This document shows positions 13,849 through 27,390 of a stretch of DNA of 64,000 nucleotides, piece after piece. A program made the translations under genes and the position numbers. The number at the start of each line of letters is the position of its first letter. Position 1 is the stretch's first letter. The notes under the pieces were generated by a model that was given only the letters and a program-made list of their open reading frames with translations, was not told where the DNA came from and made no database searches. Source of the stretch: Amoebidium appalachense (Eukaryota > Protista > Ichthyosporea); contig CAVNZM010000004.1 in assembly GCA_963693365.1 (NCBI GenBank), positions 950,448-1,014,447 of the forward strand, read 5' to 3'.

Positions 13849-14610
13849 ATATGCACTGTGTCGTGAATGGCTGCTTTGCACTCTGTAGCCCGTCCCCCCT
13901 CCCCCCCCCCTCACCCGGTTGTTGGATGGTGTCATAAGGCAACTGATGTGATAGCTAAATTCTATGCCCCTTTTCCCTTTCCCTTGCTACCGAACGAACA
14001 GGTGATACAAGAATGACAAACAGACTCTCGCACGCACGTAGACATACGTCTCCATTTGTTTACACACAGACATCCGATGGCTTTGCACCATACTGCGATC
14101 ATACAACCCATATTCTCACCTGACAAGCACACCTCACAACCACCTCCCTCAGTCCTGTGCAACCAATATCACCATTGCCCCTTCCTACCTCATTGTCACA
14201 GCTGACAACCCATAAGGTTAGGGGTAAAACAGAAAACTAATATAGACCTCTTTGAACTCTATCCCCGGGACACACCCCGTAGCACGAATGTTTTCCTGCA
14301 CTCACAAACAAATATGAGTGGTCTGTACATACGGAAACGAGCAAAAGCTAACACTGCCCTGTTCGCAGGAAAGCAACCGAGTCAGGACTGAGGGCCCCAG
14401 ACTCTGCCGTGACTGTTGGAAAGTAGGCACTGGTAAGCGTTGATTGGCTAAGGGGAAGGGGTGGAATGTGAGGGGGGTGTTTGCTATTAATGGTAGTGGG
14501 GGTTGGGATCATGCCGGGTGGATAGAACACGACGGGTGTTGAGTGGGAAGGACGGGGGTTATCGTTTGATGATTCGTGAGATTTGCAGTTTGGTTTATGT
14601 GTGTGTGTGT

Positions 14611-14644
<34 letters not shown>

Positions 14645-14777
14645 GGAGGGGGGGGGAGGGGGGGGGGGGGGGGGGGGGGGGGGCATGAGGATGTGTGTCT
14701 GTAGCTGTGTGCGTGCGTCTGTGTATGTGTGTGTGTATGTGTGTGTGTGTTATGCACGGGCTCGGGCGCGTGTTTGC

Positions 14778-14808
<31 letters not shown>

Positions 14809-15072
14809 CTCTCCCTCCCTCCCCTCTCCCCCCCCCTCCCCCCCCCCCCCCCCCCCCCCCCCCGCTTCTCTCTCCAATTCTCACTCACGGTGTGTGAGTA
14901 ATTGTCTGTCTGTCCATCTTTCCGTGTGCGTGTACGCTCTTAGATGTGACTGGCTACGTGGCCCTTTGACAGCCAATGAGATAACGGGGGGAAGAGGGGG
15001 GGGGGGGGGGGGGCAGGGGGGAGCTGTACCTGTGGGGGTGTGTACCCTCTAATCTTCATGTGCATGTGTTGC

Positions 15073-15104
<32 letters not shown>

Positions 15105-15351
15105 TCCACGTTTTGTTTGTATGGTGGTAGTTTTTTTTTCTTGACCTTCTTTATGTTTTCCTTCTGATTTCATTCTTTTGTCAAGGGGGAAAAGGGAGGC
15201 TTGTAAAAATGACATAGCCTTGGCGAAGGGGAGGTTGGGGTTGGGAAAGAGAGAGAGAGGACTCATGATGCAGGGAATAAGTGCGTGTGTGTGTGCATGT
15301 TGTGTATTTACTTGTGTGCAATGTGGCGGGGTGGGTGAAGAGGGGTGGCAA

Positions 15352-15425
<74 letters not shown>

Positions 15426-16552
15426 GAAAGGTGAGGGAGGGGGTCTCTTACCTCGGAAGGTCCTTACCTTCGGTTGTGCATGGGGATGCATCCTGTTGTG
15501 TTTCCCGTGAGGTTTTTGCAGCTTTCGTCAACTTTTGCTGATGTTGGCAAATAGGTGAAGGTACTTCGTGCACACATAACATTATTTCTGATCGACCGTT
15601 TGCTTTACAGGTTTCCCTCATGGACATTGATCAAACCACATCACGCCTTATTCTACACTTGGGTATTTCCGGCCCTAGAGAATGTGTTCAGTGTTGTTGA
15701 CATCAATTTCTCTCCCTTTTATTTATTAATTTTTACTGTTTTGATATATTTGTGCTGTAAATCTTCATGCATTGCACATCGCTGGTTAAAGCGTAACCAG
15801 GCAAGATAGCTGCAATATGCTTACGTTTTATACCCCGATTGGAGTATCTTCTGGTAATCGCCTGATGAAATTTCCGATTGATATCTCAGAATATCGAACG
15901 AAAATTTTTTTGGTGGCAAGCAATCATGCTGTGACCAAGCATATGTTGTGCACCGAGTGAAAAAATGCTTCGGACCATTTAAAACTACTCATAGTGAAAT
16001 ATTGTTTTTTTATTGAATGCTTCCCATTGGGTATTTCCCGGATTTAGCTACGGCAGGACAAAGGTTTGAATGAGTTTAATAAAAGAAACCCTGAATCAAC
16101 GGGCGTGTTTACACATGTGTCTCTGTGTGTCTATGCAAGGGCAAACTTTGCCCTGTGAAACTAGCTGGCAGGGTGTGTACGTGTGAAACCACCAGCGTGG
16201 GCAAATGGTTGTAGTTCGTTTGGGAATCAGCATTTGTATTTGTGTGAGCACACGCGGGTGTGTTCATTTTTATGATAAGCTCGTAGTACTCTACTCTGTT
16301 TTTGCATGAGTATCGAGAGTATGTCGCGTTGTGACGTGTCACAGTAACTGTCTGGCATGGAGCAAGTTACTATAGGACTGCGCGTTAGATCACTGTTCTT
16401 ACAACTGCACACCAGGCACTTCACATCACTGCTGTTCATGTTCTACGTGTATTCACCACAAGCACACAACACATTCCACTTTCACTCTGCCTGTAGACTT
16501 GGATACCACCGGCGTGACAAGGTGTGCACCCATGCATCTCACAGTAGCTACA

Positions 16553-17050
16553 CAATACCTACCGCACCATATTTCGCATAATACATACCGCAACATATTC
16601 CGCCTAATACCTACCGCACCATATTCCGCCTATAATACCTACCGCACCATATTCCGCCTACAATACCTACCGCACCATGTTCCGCTTATAATACCTACCG
16701 CACCATGTTCCGCCTATAATACCTACCGCACCATGTTCCGCCTATAATACCTACCGCACCATATTCCGCCTGTAATACCTACCGCACCATATTCCACTTA
16801 TAATATCTACCGCACCATATTCCGCCTATAATACCTACCGCACCATATTCCGCCTATAATACCTACCGCACCATATTCCGCCTTTAATACCTACCGCACC
16901 ATATTCCGCCTATAATACCTACCGCACCATATTCCGCCTGTAATACCTACCGCACCATATTCCGCCTGTAATACCTACCGCACCATATTTCGCCTATAAT
17001 ACCTACCGCACCATATTCCGCTTATAATACCTACCGCACCATATTCTGCA
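16553..17050. repeat. 28-bp minisatellite, about 17 copies (ATAATACCTACCGCACCATATTCCGCCT)
   Basis: Head-to-tail units with point variants and no spacers. Confidence 0.95.
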
Positions 17051-17607
17051 TATATATGTAATAAATATCGCACCATATTCCGCACAATGTATAAAGAACC
17101 ATATTTTGCCTACGTTGAGCGGCAACACCATTATGTAAACATATAGTAAACAGGTATTCGGTCTGGAGCCACCCTTATGAGGGAGAGGCTCAGGGTTGGC
17201 TTTTGGTTGTTTCCGAATGTATCAATTGAAACTCTGACTTAAATTTACCGAAGAGAGACCAAGTTTCCGGTATGGGATTTTTTGCTGAATGCGCCCATTC
17301 GATGTTCACATGATCAAATACATTGAGCCAGATGGTTCGCGCTGTTGTTCTCCATTTATTGAAACTAGCATGTTGACATGATAGGGGAAGTCGAAGAAAA
17401 ATATTTCATACAACGGAACCGGTGTGTGGAAACAGTTGATTTGATGATAGGTGGAGACTGTACAGAGACATCTCGTTCAAAAGAACAACCAATATTGCAA
17501 TGATAAAAGTAACCCCCCCCCCCCCCCCCCCCCATGCTAGTCTCTCCCCCCTCCTCCCTCTCCTCGGCGCCCCCCCTAATACCATCCTTATTCGTATGCA
17601 CCCCCCC

Positions 17608-17638
<31 letters not shown>

Positions 17639-17811
17639 AAAAAAAAAAAAGAAAAGAAAAGGAAAGAAAGAAAGAAAGAAAGAAAGAAAAAAGAAAATGC
17701 TAGCCGCCTCCCCTCCTCTCCCCTCCCCCCTCTCCCCCTCCCTCCCCCCTCCCCCTTCGTTGCGCCCCCCGCCGCCCCCCCCCCCCCCCCCCTCCCCCCG
17801 TCCCCACCCGC

Positions 17812-17846
<35 letters not shown>

Positions 17847-17923
17847 CCTTTCCCCTTCCCCCCCCCCCCCCCCCCACCTACCCACCCACCCACCCACACC
17901 CCAGGTCCCTCCACACATGCAGG

Positions 17924-18029
<106 letters not shown>

Positions 18030-18112
18030 CGTGTTGTGTGCCCGCACGCACGCACACACACAACACGCGTGCGCGCTGCGCGAGCACACATACATTTTTC
18101 TTCTTCGTTTTC

Positions 18113-18143
<31 letters not shown>

Positions 18144-18794
18144 CTTTCTTTTCTTTTGTGTGTGTGTGTGGGGGGGGGGGGGGGGGGGGGGAGGGGGAGG
18201 GGGGGACTGTCCCCCCTCTCTTTTTCATATTTTATTGTTTTTGTTTGTTTTGGTTTGTTTTTAGAATTTATTTTTTAAGGGGTGCCTCCCCCATCCCCCC
18301 CCCCCCCCCCCCCCCCCTTCTCCCTCCCCCTCCCCTTGACCTTTTCAGGTGCTGTGCTGCTATCTGGGAACAGGCTAGCGGCCTGCGGCACCTGTAGCAG
18401 GGGAGAGGCCGTGCATGCTACCTTTTTCGAGTTAGACCTTTTCTTTTATTAAGGTAATTACCAGCACCCCTGCGTTTTGGTGGCCATGCCAGCCCCAGGA
18501 GACCCATATACCTACTTTCTAGACTGAGCCCGTCAAACAGACATGGCAGAACGATGGGACTAAATAATTTACAAACAGACTAGGGGAGCTTGTGTTTATG
18601 CTCAAAGACTTCAAAGACTATGGGATCCGGTTACGAATAGTTGCCCCTCAAGCGTCAGGTGTGAGGAGGGGGGGTCTAACGTAGTGTGGTGGGGCCGTGG
18701 GGTTTGGAGTCATGGAGCGTGTCTGGTATCCCATGTTGTGTAGTGTGGTGGTGGATGCAATCCCGTGCATATGCATGATACCTAAAATCTCTAA

Positions 18795-19443
18795 GGGCGT
18801 GTTTGGCAGCCGAAAATAATCGTATTCGTGTCATTTCGCGAAAAGACGAATAATCGTGTTCATAAAATTATTTTGTGGTAGGCTATGCGCATTTAGGAGT
18901 ACATAATGATACGATTACGGCGTACCAAACACGCCTAAACACGCTCCCGCTTCGACATCGACACAATGTCTTGATCAGGGGTTGCCTGGGTTTGGCGCTC
19001 TTAATCGTATTTTGGCCAATTCCGAGCATTTTGACACCCTTCAGAGTCGTATTCACAAATTGGATGCCCCTTTTTAATCGTATTGCGGGGTTTTCTAAAT
19101 CGTATTTTGGGCCAATACGATTCGTAAGGCAAACCCTGATCTTGATACGACACAGGAATGCGACATATCATCATTTGTACGATTTCATTGGTATTTGATC
19201 GACCAATAGTAAATTAGAATGGCCTAAAGCGATCCGATTGACTAAAAGTCATATCGTCATCGTGTTTTCGAAAATCACCTCCGGAGGCGATTTTCGAAAA
19301 CACGATATAACTTCGATGTCCAACGTCTTATCGTGTCCGGAAAGCTGTGGCGTGTTTAGCAGGGCACATTTTCGGAATCGTGTCATTACGCGAAAAGACG
19401 AATACGACAAAGACACGATATAACTGCGCTGCCAAACACGCCC
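18795..19443. mobile_element. PIF/Harbinger (Tourist-like) MITE, 649 bp
   Basis: Perfect 16-bp TIRs GGGCGTGTTTGGCAGC (18795-18810) and GCTGCCAAACACGCCC (19428-19443). TAA target duplication at 18792-18794 and 19444-19446. No coding capacity; subterminal AATCGTATT/CGAAAAGACGAATA repeats. Confidence 0.9.
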
Positions 19444-19956
19444 TAAATCGCTAAATACCTGCAGTAAGGCAAGTCAACATGGACCTTCAAATGTGATCCG
19501 GAATCCAAACCAGCCTGCACAGTGGGGCCTACTGTGCTGCCTATCCCCCCACCGGTCACGACCACCAAAGCCTTTCTAGGCATACATACCTAAGTATTGG
19601 TTGGATCCAACAATCCCCTTGCCTCTCTCAAGTTGCCTCTCTTAAATGGGGATAATGCTAAGGTCAGCCAAGTTAAATCTAGCCTACGGTAATGCAAAAC
19701 CTGAATAATTGCCCATAGGTTTCACTGCTTTCATGATTTAGGTTTAAGGCCCAAGGCTCAGTTACTGCCGGGTTATTCCACCAAATTGCATGCGATCCAA
19801 AACCTAAATAGCACGAGTGCTGCAGTACTACAAGGGGGGTAAGAGGCCTTGATGCGAACTTGAACACTGAAGCTTGAGATGTGCATGTGGCTTCTCCCCC
19901 CCCCCCCCCCCCCCCTCCGGGATCCCCCCCTCTCTCCCCCCCTCACACACACACAC

Positions 19957-19988
<32 letters not shown>

Positions 19989-20764
19989 CGGTTCTAGAGA
20001 TCTCTCCCTTTCTCTCCCCTCCTCCCCCCTCCCTCATCCCCTGTGACATGTACATGCCTCGGGCCCAACCCCGCGGCCGGGTCACCTTTCCCCCGGCCTC
20101 CCCCCCCCCCCGTCTCCCCCCCCCCCCCCCCCTCTCCCCCCACCCACTTGCGCCCGTGGTGGCTGAGGTAATATGGTGCATCACCATAATCATGGATGCA
20201 CTCCCCCTCTTTGACCGGATCCTAGAGCTCATCGATTCCCCCCCCCCCACCCCCCCCCCCCCACCCCACCTCTCCGATCCCCTTCGCCGCGCTCCCTCCT
20301 TGACGTTCCCCCCTCCCCCCCACTCTCCCTTGCCCCCCCCCCCCCCCCCCCCCCTCCCCTGAAGTTTCCCCCAACAACAACCCACAACGTTAACGGCCGC
20401 TTTCATGCTATCTGAAACAGGCTACAGCCTGCCCCTGTGCACCCTGTACCACGGTTCACGGGCCACGGCTGGTAGCGTGCAGGAATGAACGTAGCCGCTG
20501 CGCCACGGTCCGTCGTGCGTGCACGGGGCTTTTTTGCATTCCAAAAAACCCAAACTAGGAAGGTCCAGAGCCTGGAGCCTTATATCTACTCGCCCGTTAA
20601 CGTTCCAGCCGACTTTTATAGAATCATTCATGTTTCAGTGCGTTGTAGCTATTATTCGTGTTTGCGTTGCTGTAAGATGGATGTTACCTACTCCGGACTC
20701 AAAGAGTTTACTCGACCCTAGAACTGCACTTCTTGATGGCAGAGAGTGACCACAAAAGATCTAG

Positions 20765-20975
20765 CACCCCTATTGGTCAGAGCTTTGGGCCAACCAAGTG
20801 CATCCACCAATCAGAACATTTTGAGAACCAATCAGCTGAAAATGGAGAGCTCCCATTGCGCACAATCAACCCATTTTTGGAAGGTGGACTGACATACTTA
20901 GATTTGATGGGCTTTGCCTTTGCACTTTATGTGATTGGTTGACTCTCTGAGCCACCCGGAGTATACAAACAGCGG
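20765..20975 (+). promoter_or_regulatory. Putative promoter of transporter copy A: CCAAT/ATTGG cluster and TATA-like box
   Basis: Several CCAAT/ATTGG boxes and GTATACAAAC about 115 bp before the ATG; the layout is conserved in the inverted copy. Confidence 0.55.
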
Positions 20976-21079
20976 AGCCCGGCCATCCAGACATCACTTT
21001 GGACTACATCTCAAATCGACTGTCTCCAGGACAACCTCCACAAATTGGTTAACGCTTTTTATAGCTACAACGCGCAGAC

Positions 21080-22784
21080 ATGGCTTCGCACGTTGACGAG
21101 AAGTACAAGGGCGGGCAGGCCGGCGACCATGGCGTGCTCAACGTGGACTCTGCCGTGGGCAAGGTGGCCAGCCTGCCACTGGACCGCACGCGGCCGGTCA
21201 AGACGTTTGTGATTGTGGTGGCCATCATGGCGGCCTTTGGCGGTCTTCTCTTTGGCTACGACATGGGCGGCTCCGGCGGCACGCTGGTCATGCCGTCCTT
21301 CCGCAAGCACTTTGGCTGGCCCCCAGCACACTGTTGCCCCGCCGGGCCCGTGCCCACCAGCGCCCTCGACTACTGCATGCGCTTTGGCTGCGCAGAGAAC
21401 GAGGTGGACTGCATTGCTAACGGCACGGTGCACAATGGCAAGGTGCTGACGCAGTGTGTCGAGGACTCGTGGGAGTACAACCCGTCGTGGGTGGCCGACC
21501 AGCAGGGCTGGATCTCTTTCCTCTTCACCATCGGCTGCTTCTGCGGGGCGCTGACCTCCGGCACGCAGACGGACTACCTGGGGCGCAAGAAGACGCTCAT
21601 GCTCAACGACATCATCTTCATTGTGGGCGTGCTGATGCAGATGTTCCCCCCCACCATGGGCGTCATGTACGCCGGCCGGTTCATTGGCGGCATTGCCATC
21701 GGCACGCTCAGCATGGCCGTGACCATGTACCAATCCGAGATGGCCCCTGAGCACGTGCGCGGCGTGCTGGTGACCCTCCAGCAGCTGTGCATCACCTTCG
21801 GCATCCTGCTGGCCGCCGCAGCCAACGTCGGGCTCAAGCACTGGACGCCCGGCTGGCGGCTGTCGTACGGCGGCAACATCTTCTTTGCCATCACCATGGT
21901 GCTGGCCATGCTCCTGCTGCCCGAGTCCCCCCGCTGGCTGGTGCAGAAGGGCCGCTACGACGAGGCGCGCACGTGCCTGCAGCGGGTGCGGCACGGCGAC
22001 GAGGTCGAGGCCGAGCTGGCAAACATCACGGCCAGCGTGGAGGCCGACGCGGCCATCGGCGAGGGCTCGTGGGCGGACGCCTTCAGCAGCCGCAACAACA
22101 TGCGCTACCGCACAATGGTCGGGGCCCTGCTGCAGTTCTTCTAGCAGCTGACCGGCATCAACGCCATCATGTTCTTTGCCCCCGACATCTTTGCCACATT
22201 CTTCAGCGAGACAGGCGCGCTGTGGGCCAACCTTGCGCTGACCACGTTCAACTTCCTGGCCACATTCATCTGCATCTACCTGGTCGAGCGCAGTGGCCGC
22301 CTCACCCTGCTGGTCACCGGCGGCATCATGCAGTTTGTCGGCACGGCCGGCTGTGCGCTGATGGCGTCGCCGCTGTTTGACTACAAGACAAACGAGACCG
22401 TGGGCATCTTTGTGATTGTCTTTGCCGTCATCTTTGTGTGCCGCTTTGCCTACAGCTGGGGCCCCGTGGTGTGGGTGCTGTGCTCCGAGATCTTCCCCCA
22501 GAATCTCCGCGGCAAGGGCATGAGCGTGTCGACGGCCACCAACTGGGCCATGGCCGCCGTGGTGGGTGGGCAAGGTCACGCCGTACCTGTACCGGCCCAG
22601 CTTGTTCAACCTGTGGGGCACGTTTGTGTTCTTCTCGTGCTTCATTGCCGCCATGACCCTGTTTGTCTACACCTGTGTGCCCGAGACCGCCGGCATGGCC
22701 CTCGAGGACACCAACACCCTCTTCGAGGAGTTCAAGGTCGGCTTTGAGCGCAAGCCCACCTCTGTCAACCGCACAAAGGAGTAG
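21080..22784 (+). pseudogene. MFS sugar porter (hexose transporter), intronless, copy A; disabled in its 3' half
   Basis: Motifs GGLLFGYD, DYLGRK, YQSEMAP..RG, PESPRWL, QLTGINAIMFFAP, WGPVVWVLCSEIFP and VPET. TAG at 22142-22144 (CAG in copy B) and a 4-bp insertion at about 22563-22570. Confidence 0.92.
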
Positions 22785-23124
22785 AATGCCTGCATATAGT
22801 AGGCATTTTGGGCAGATGGGTTTGATCAAGGCATTTGTAGCGCAAAAAGGCTACAGCTAGTGCTTAAATCTAAGCACCATGGCACCTTCGAGCCCAAATA
22901 ATTCACACGCATTTTCTACTTAGTGCGTTAGAAGTGGGACGCGTATTAGTAATAATGAATTTCTAACCAGTCAATGGGCATGAAGAATGTAATATATGAC
23001 GAAATAAGCAAAAGAAAAATGCAACTATTATCTAGCTGTTTGTAACAGTAATTTCACCAGTAAACTGGAATTTGCAACCCGGATATCCTTCTTTTTGGCA
23101 TGGGCAACCCGGTTCAGTGGTATG

Positions 23125-23225
<101 letters not shown>

Positions 23226-23247
23226 CGTGTGCACATATGTATGAGTG

Positions 23248-23728
23248 TGTAAACAACTGTACACATGAACTGTACATGTTTACTAAAGAATGTGATCTAC
23301 TAGCACACGATTCGTGCTTTGTCATGAATATCACATAAATATTATGTCCGCACCAATAGGACTCACTCTGACCTAAGAATTGAACCATATATGGTTCTTC
23401 AGCTGCATACCACATAAACGAAGTGAACCAATAAGAGGTTTGCATAAATAGGACAAAGGTCTGACTGGCTCGGACCGCACCAGAATCACGAATGGCATGT
23501 TGCCACCCGCGCTGGCCGCGGATGAACCAATCCTGGGCCTTGATCCGAAACCTGGGGGCTATATAAGAAAGCCGTCCCAGTACGGGGATCACATCAGTGA
23601 AGTCTTGAGACAGACTGAGTCGGCCCATAGTAAAAGCAACCTGGCCGCGTGTGCCTTTCTACCCGTTCTCTGTCTTTATTTTGATTCAGTTGTACTCTGC
23701 CTTATCCTAACTAGTCCAACTGTTTACA
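23248..23728 (+). repeat. 5' LTR
   Basis: Matches 26313-26793 with one substitution seen (CAGACTGAG vs CAGACCGAG); contains CCAAT and CTATATAAG. Confidence 0.95.
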
Positions 23729-23729
23729 T

Positions 23730-23740
23730 TGGCGACCACG
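23730..23740 (+). promoter_or_regulatory. Primer-binding site TGGCGACCACG (fits a tRNA-Arg 3' end)
   Basis: One base after the 5' LTR; complementary to ...CGUGGUCG-CCA, as in eukaryotic tRNA-Arg(UCG). Confidence 0.75.
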
Positions 23741-26312
23741 CAGTTCAAGAATCTCGAATCCTTCGAATCTCACATCTTTCAATCAGTTCAAGAATCTCAC
23801 ATCTTTCAATCAGCTCAAGAATCTCCCATGGCCGATCACAATCCTTATTACCCCGATGATAGGCACATCTTTCCTTGTCCGGCTTAGAATATATACACCG
23901 ACAAGTTTGAAGTGGCCAGCCCACCTACACGGAAAGAATTGAAAGCATGTAAAACTTCTTTTGCTACGACACATCAAAAATGTGAAGAAAAACGAATACA
24001 CAACGAAACAACGAATACACGAACAAACGAATAAAGAATTGCTAACGAAGCAATGAACCAACGAAAAACGAACCATCACGAATACGCAATGAAATAAAGA
24101 ATTAACGACAAGCGAATGCATAGAGGAAATACGAAATGAATGCAACACAAAACAAAACAAAGTAACGAAGTTATCAAACGACAAAAAACGAAAAACGAAA
24201 GCAAAATGAAATGGAAATACGAAAATGAAAGAACGAATGCACAACACTGCTTGGGTTGCAATGCACACAGCCCCCTCTATGTTACGAAGAAAAGAAAACC
24301 GTTGCCCTTGCGTGCATTGCGCTATTGCACACTGTCATCGTGTCCATGCCACCGCATGCACGTCCACACTCGCAAGCCAGATGCACGGCCACTTTCAGCA
24401 CGAATGCATTTAAAGAAGAAGATAGTCGCTGTTCCTATAGCATTGAGGACATAAGATCTTATGAAAGTAGTGTTGCATGCATGCTTCGAATCCCTTGCTG
24501 TTGTCGAATACAGCATGCCCCATAGTTTAGCGCACAGGATGCACAACATGCGCATGAATGTATGCTGGCATGCCTAAACACATTACGAACATATGCCTCA
24601 TGTATGGCCCTTCCTGGTGCCATGCCCAAACGAATTTGCACTCTTGGTGCACAGAAGGCATGTTGTTAATAAAGTCGATGCAGAACTTTTGTTCGTGCAT
24701 GTGAAAGACAAACGAAGGTGTGGGGTACGAATTTAATGGTACTTGCCAGTCTGTGGCAATACTGTAACATACGAATTACACTGTCAAGCCTTGCACTAGC
24801 TGCCGGCACACCCCCACCAGAACAAAAGAATGTGGTATGGGCACCGTTCCCTCACAACCCCAGCATACAGTGTCAGTATTTTGGCTGGAAGCCTTTCAGT
24901 TTCGAATTACGAATACCCTCCTTCACTACTGAAGAAAGTGACGTGGAAGACGAATACGAATACGAATGCAAGGTGTTGTTGACTAACACATCGGACCATC
25001 ATGTGTATTTAGGCTTTGGTACGGAGATGACCATGTTATTCCCTTGCAATATGATGACACTGTAACAATTTAGCACGTGCATACCCCACCAATGGGCACA
25101 TGCGGGAGACAACCCCACAAGCTGCCTTATTGGGCACCTCTGCTAAAACGAATATTCTTCTCACGAAGGAACAGAAGAATGCCACGAACACGAACCACAC
25201 ACTCACCAGGCAGCTACTTACATCTAATGTATGTAAGAAGTAGGGTGTGTGAACGGGGTAACTTCATGAACACCAACACGAAAGAAAGCACAGCACAAAG
25301 CAGTTCCACGAATACGAATGGTTTTGGTATTCCACACAACGAACAGAACCTACAGTAGGGCCACCTACAAATGAAGCAGAGGATGGGGCACCATCCAGAC
25401 CTGCACTGGAGGATATGAAAACACGAAGCGCGCTCACGAAGTTGCTTACAAAAGAAAGGGCGACTGCGACGACTTTTCTTTTTAGGCCAAGCCTCCAGAA
25501 GAATGTATTATGCCTGGAATCCCCCTGCTCAACGAAAATGGCTGGCAAATGGGATACGAAAACTGCTCACGAATGGAAGCATGTGTTTTCTGAAGGAGGC
25601 TTGCTTTGCCTACCCTCTTCTTATGAATTATGAACCGGGCTTTTACTGGTTCTGACGGGTGATATATTTCTTTATGTCGCCCAACGAAGAACACTTGGGC
25701 ATTTTTATTCATGTTTTTCCCAGCTCCGATGATGCAGAGTTAAAGCTGAAAGGAAAGAAGTGCTATTTGTTCATGAAAGAAGCGGCTTTTCCGGCCATGG
25801 TGACTCGCCTTACAGTCTTATGGTAGAACCGGGATAAGGAGCAGTGGCTAAGCCTTGAAGCTATCCACCACTACCTGAGCTACGAAGTGACCTAAGGCTC
25901 GAGTTATATTCATTATCGAATGTTTGGTATGATCATTCATCCACACAACCAAATTACTCGCAATTGAAAACGAATCTGCGGGAGTATCCTAAAAAGGAAA
26001 AATTCCCAAAAAGGAAAATACTACTTCTACAGAAAAGCCAAGCACAGAGACGAAGGCTTAGCGAATTATTCGCACGCACACTCTGCAACAATCTTCGCCA
26101 CGAAAATGAAATCACAGAAGAATGCTGCATGAATTTACGTTTTGGCAAATGAAGAAGTGCTCATAGACGTGCACAACTCTATTCAACCGTCCTTGCTCTG
26201 TTCTGCCCAGCAGCTCGGCGCACAAGAATTCTCGCTGAAGGTTGTTTATCGCCTCTCAGCCTGGTGGTTTGCTTGTCTAACGACACCACCAGGCTCCCGA
26301 CAAGGGGGGGAG

Positions 26313-26793
26313 TGTAAACAACTGTACACATGAACTGTACATGTTTACTAAAGAATGTGATCTACTAGCACACGATTCGTGCTTTGTCATGAATATCACA
26401 TAAATATTATGTCCGCACCAATAGGACTCACTCTGACCTAAGAATTGAACCATATATGGTTCTTCAGCTGCATACCACATAAACGAAGTGAACCAATAAG
26501 AGGTTTGCATAAATAGGACAAAGGTCTGACTGGCTCGGACCGCACCAGAATCACGAATGGCATGTTGCCACCCGCGCTGGCCGCGGATGAACCAATCCTG
26601 GGCCTTGATCCGAAACCTGGGGGCTATATAAGAAAGCCGTCCCAGTACGGGGATCACATCAGTGAAGTCTTGAGACAGACCGAGTCGGCCCATAGTAAAA
26701 GCAACCTGGCCGCGTGTGCCTTTCTACCCGTTCTCTGTCTTTATTTTGATTCAGTTGTACTCTGCCTTATCCTAACTAGTCCAACTGTTTACA
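26313..26793 (+). repeat. 3' LTR, preceded by polypurine tract AAGGGGGGGAG (26302-26312)
   Basis: Direct repeat of 23248-23728. Confidence 0.95.
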
Positions 26794-27312
26794 GAGTGCT
26801 AAATCCCTACAAATCCTTCCGTTTACCATGGTGCAAGCCTACTGCCATGCTGCCCCTTGCATATTTATGTTTCCAATCTTCCTAGAACTATTCCGCCTCC
26901 CGAATCCCCTCCCCTCCTTCTCCCCCCTCCCCCTCCTCCTCCTCCTCCCCCCCTCCCCTCCTCACCTCTTCCCGTCCACCACCACCTCCCCCTTCTGAGA
27001 ATTCCCCCCACCCCCACCCCACACACACACACACACAAAAAAAAGAAAGAAAGTTGTAACTGTGACAGTAACCCCATCTGCCTCATTATTCCTTGAAGTC
27101 GTTCTTTTCTTTTCCTCCCTGGCCCTTCCGAGTTCCGGGACCTTCTCAAACTGCCAGATATATATCATATTTGGCACTAAGATTTACCTACAGGGCTAAA
27201 AACCAACACACACACACACACACACACGTGCACGCACACGCACGCATACTCACACACACATGCACACGCACATACACGCACGCGCACGCGCACGCGCACG
27301 CGCGCGCGCGCG

Positions 27313-27390
<78 letters not shown>

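Larger units (their letters stand above)
23248..26793 (+). mobile_element. Young non-autonomous LTR retrotransposon (probably Ty3/Gypsy-derived), 3546 bp
   Basis: Two 481-bp LTRs (TGTAAACA...TGTTTACA), 5-bp TSD GAGTG (23243-23247, 26794-26798), PBS and PPT present. No long internal ORF. Confidence 0.93.

Noticed and set aside
22142-22144. TAG reassignment or readthrough suggested by in-frame TAGs at 22142, 33271 and 53224
   Set aside because: The TAGs replace different residues (Gln, Leu), co-occur with frameshifts, and TAG is the normal stop of both transporters, LINE ORF2 and Ngaro gag.
21065-22654. 529-aa antisense ORF over the transporter, and similar shadow ORFs over copy B and the Ngaro ORFs
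   Set aside because: Expected by-product of high GC3 codon usage on the sense strand; no recognisable motifs.
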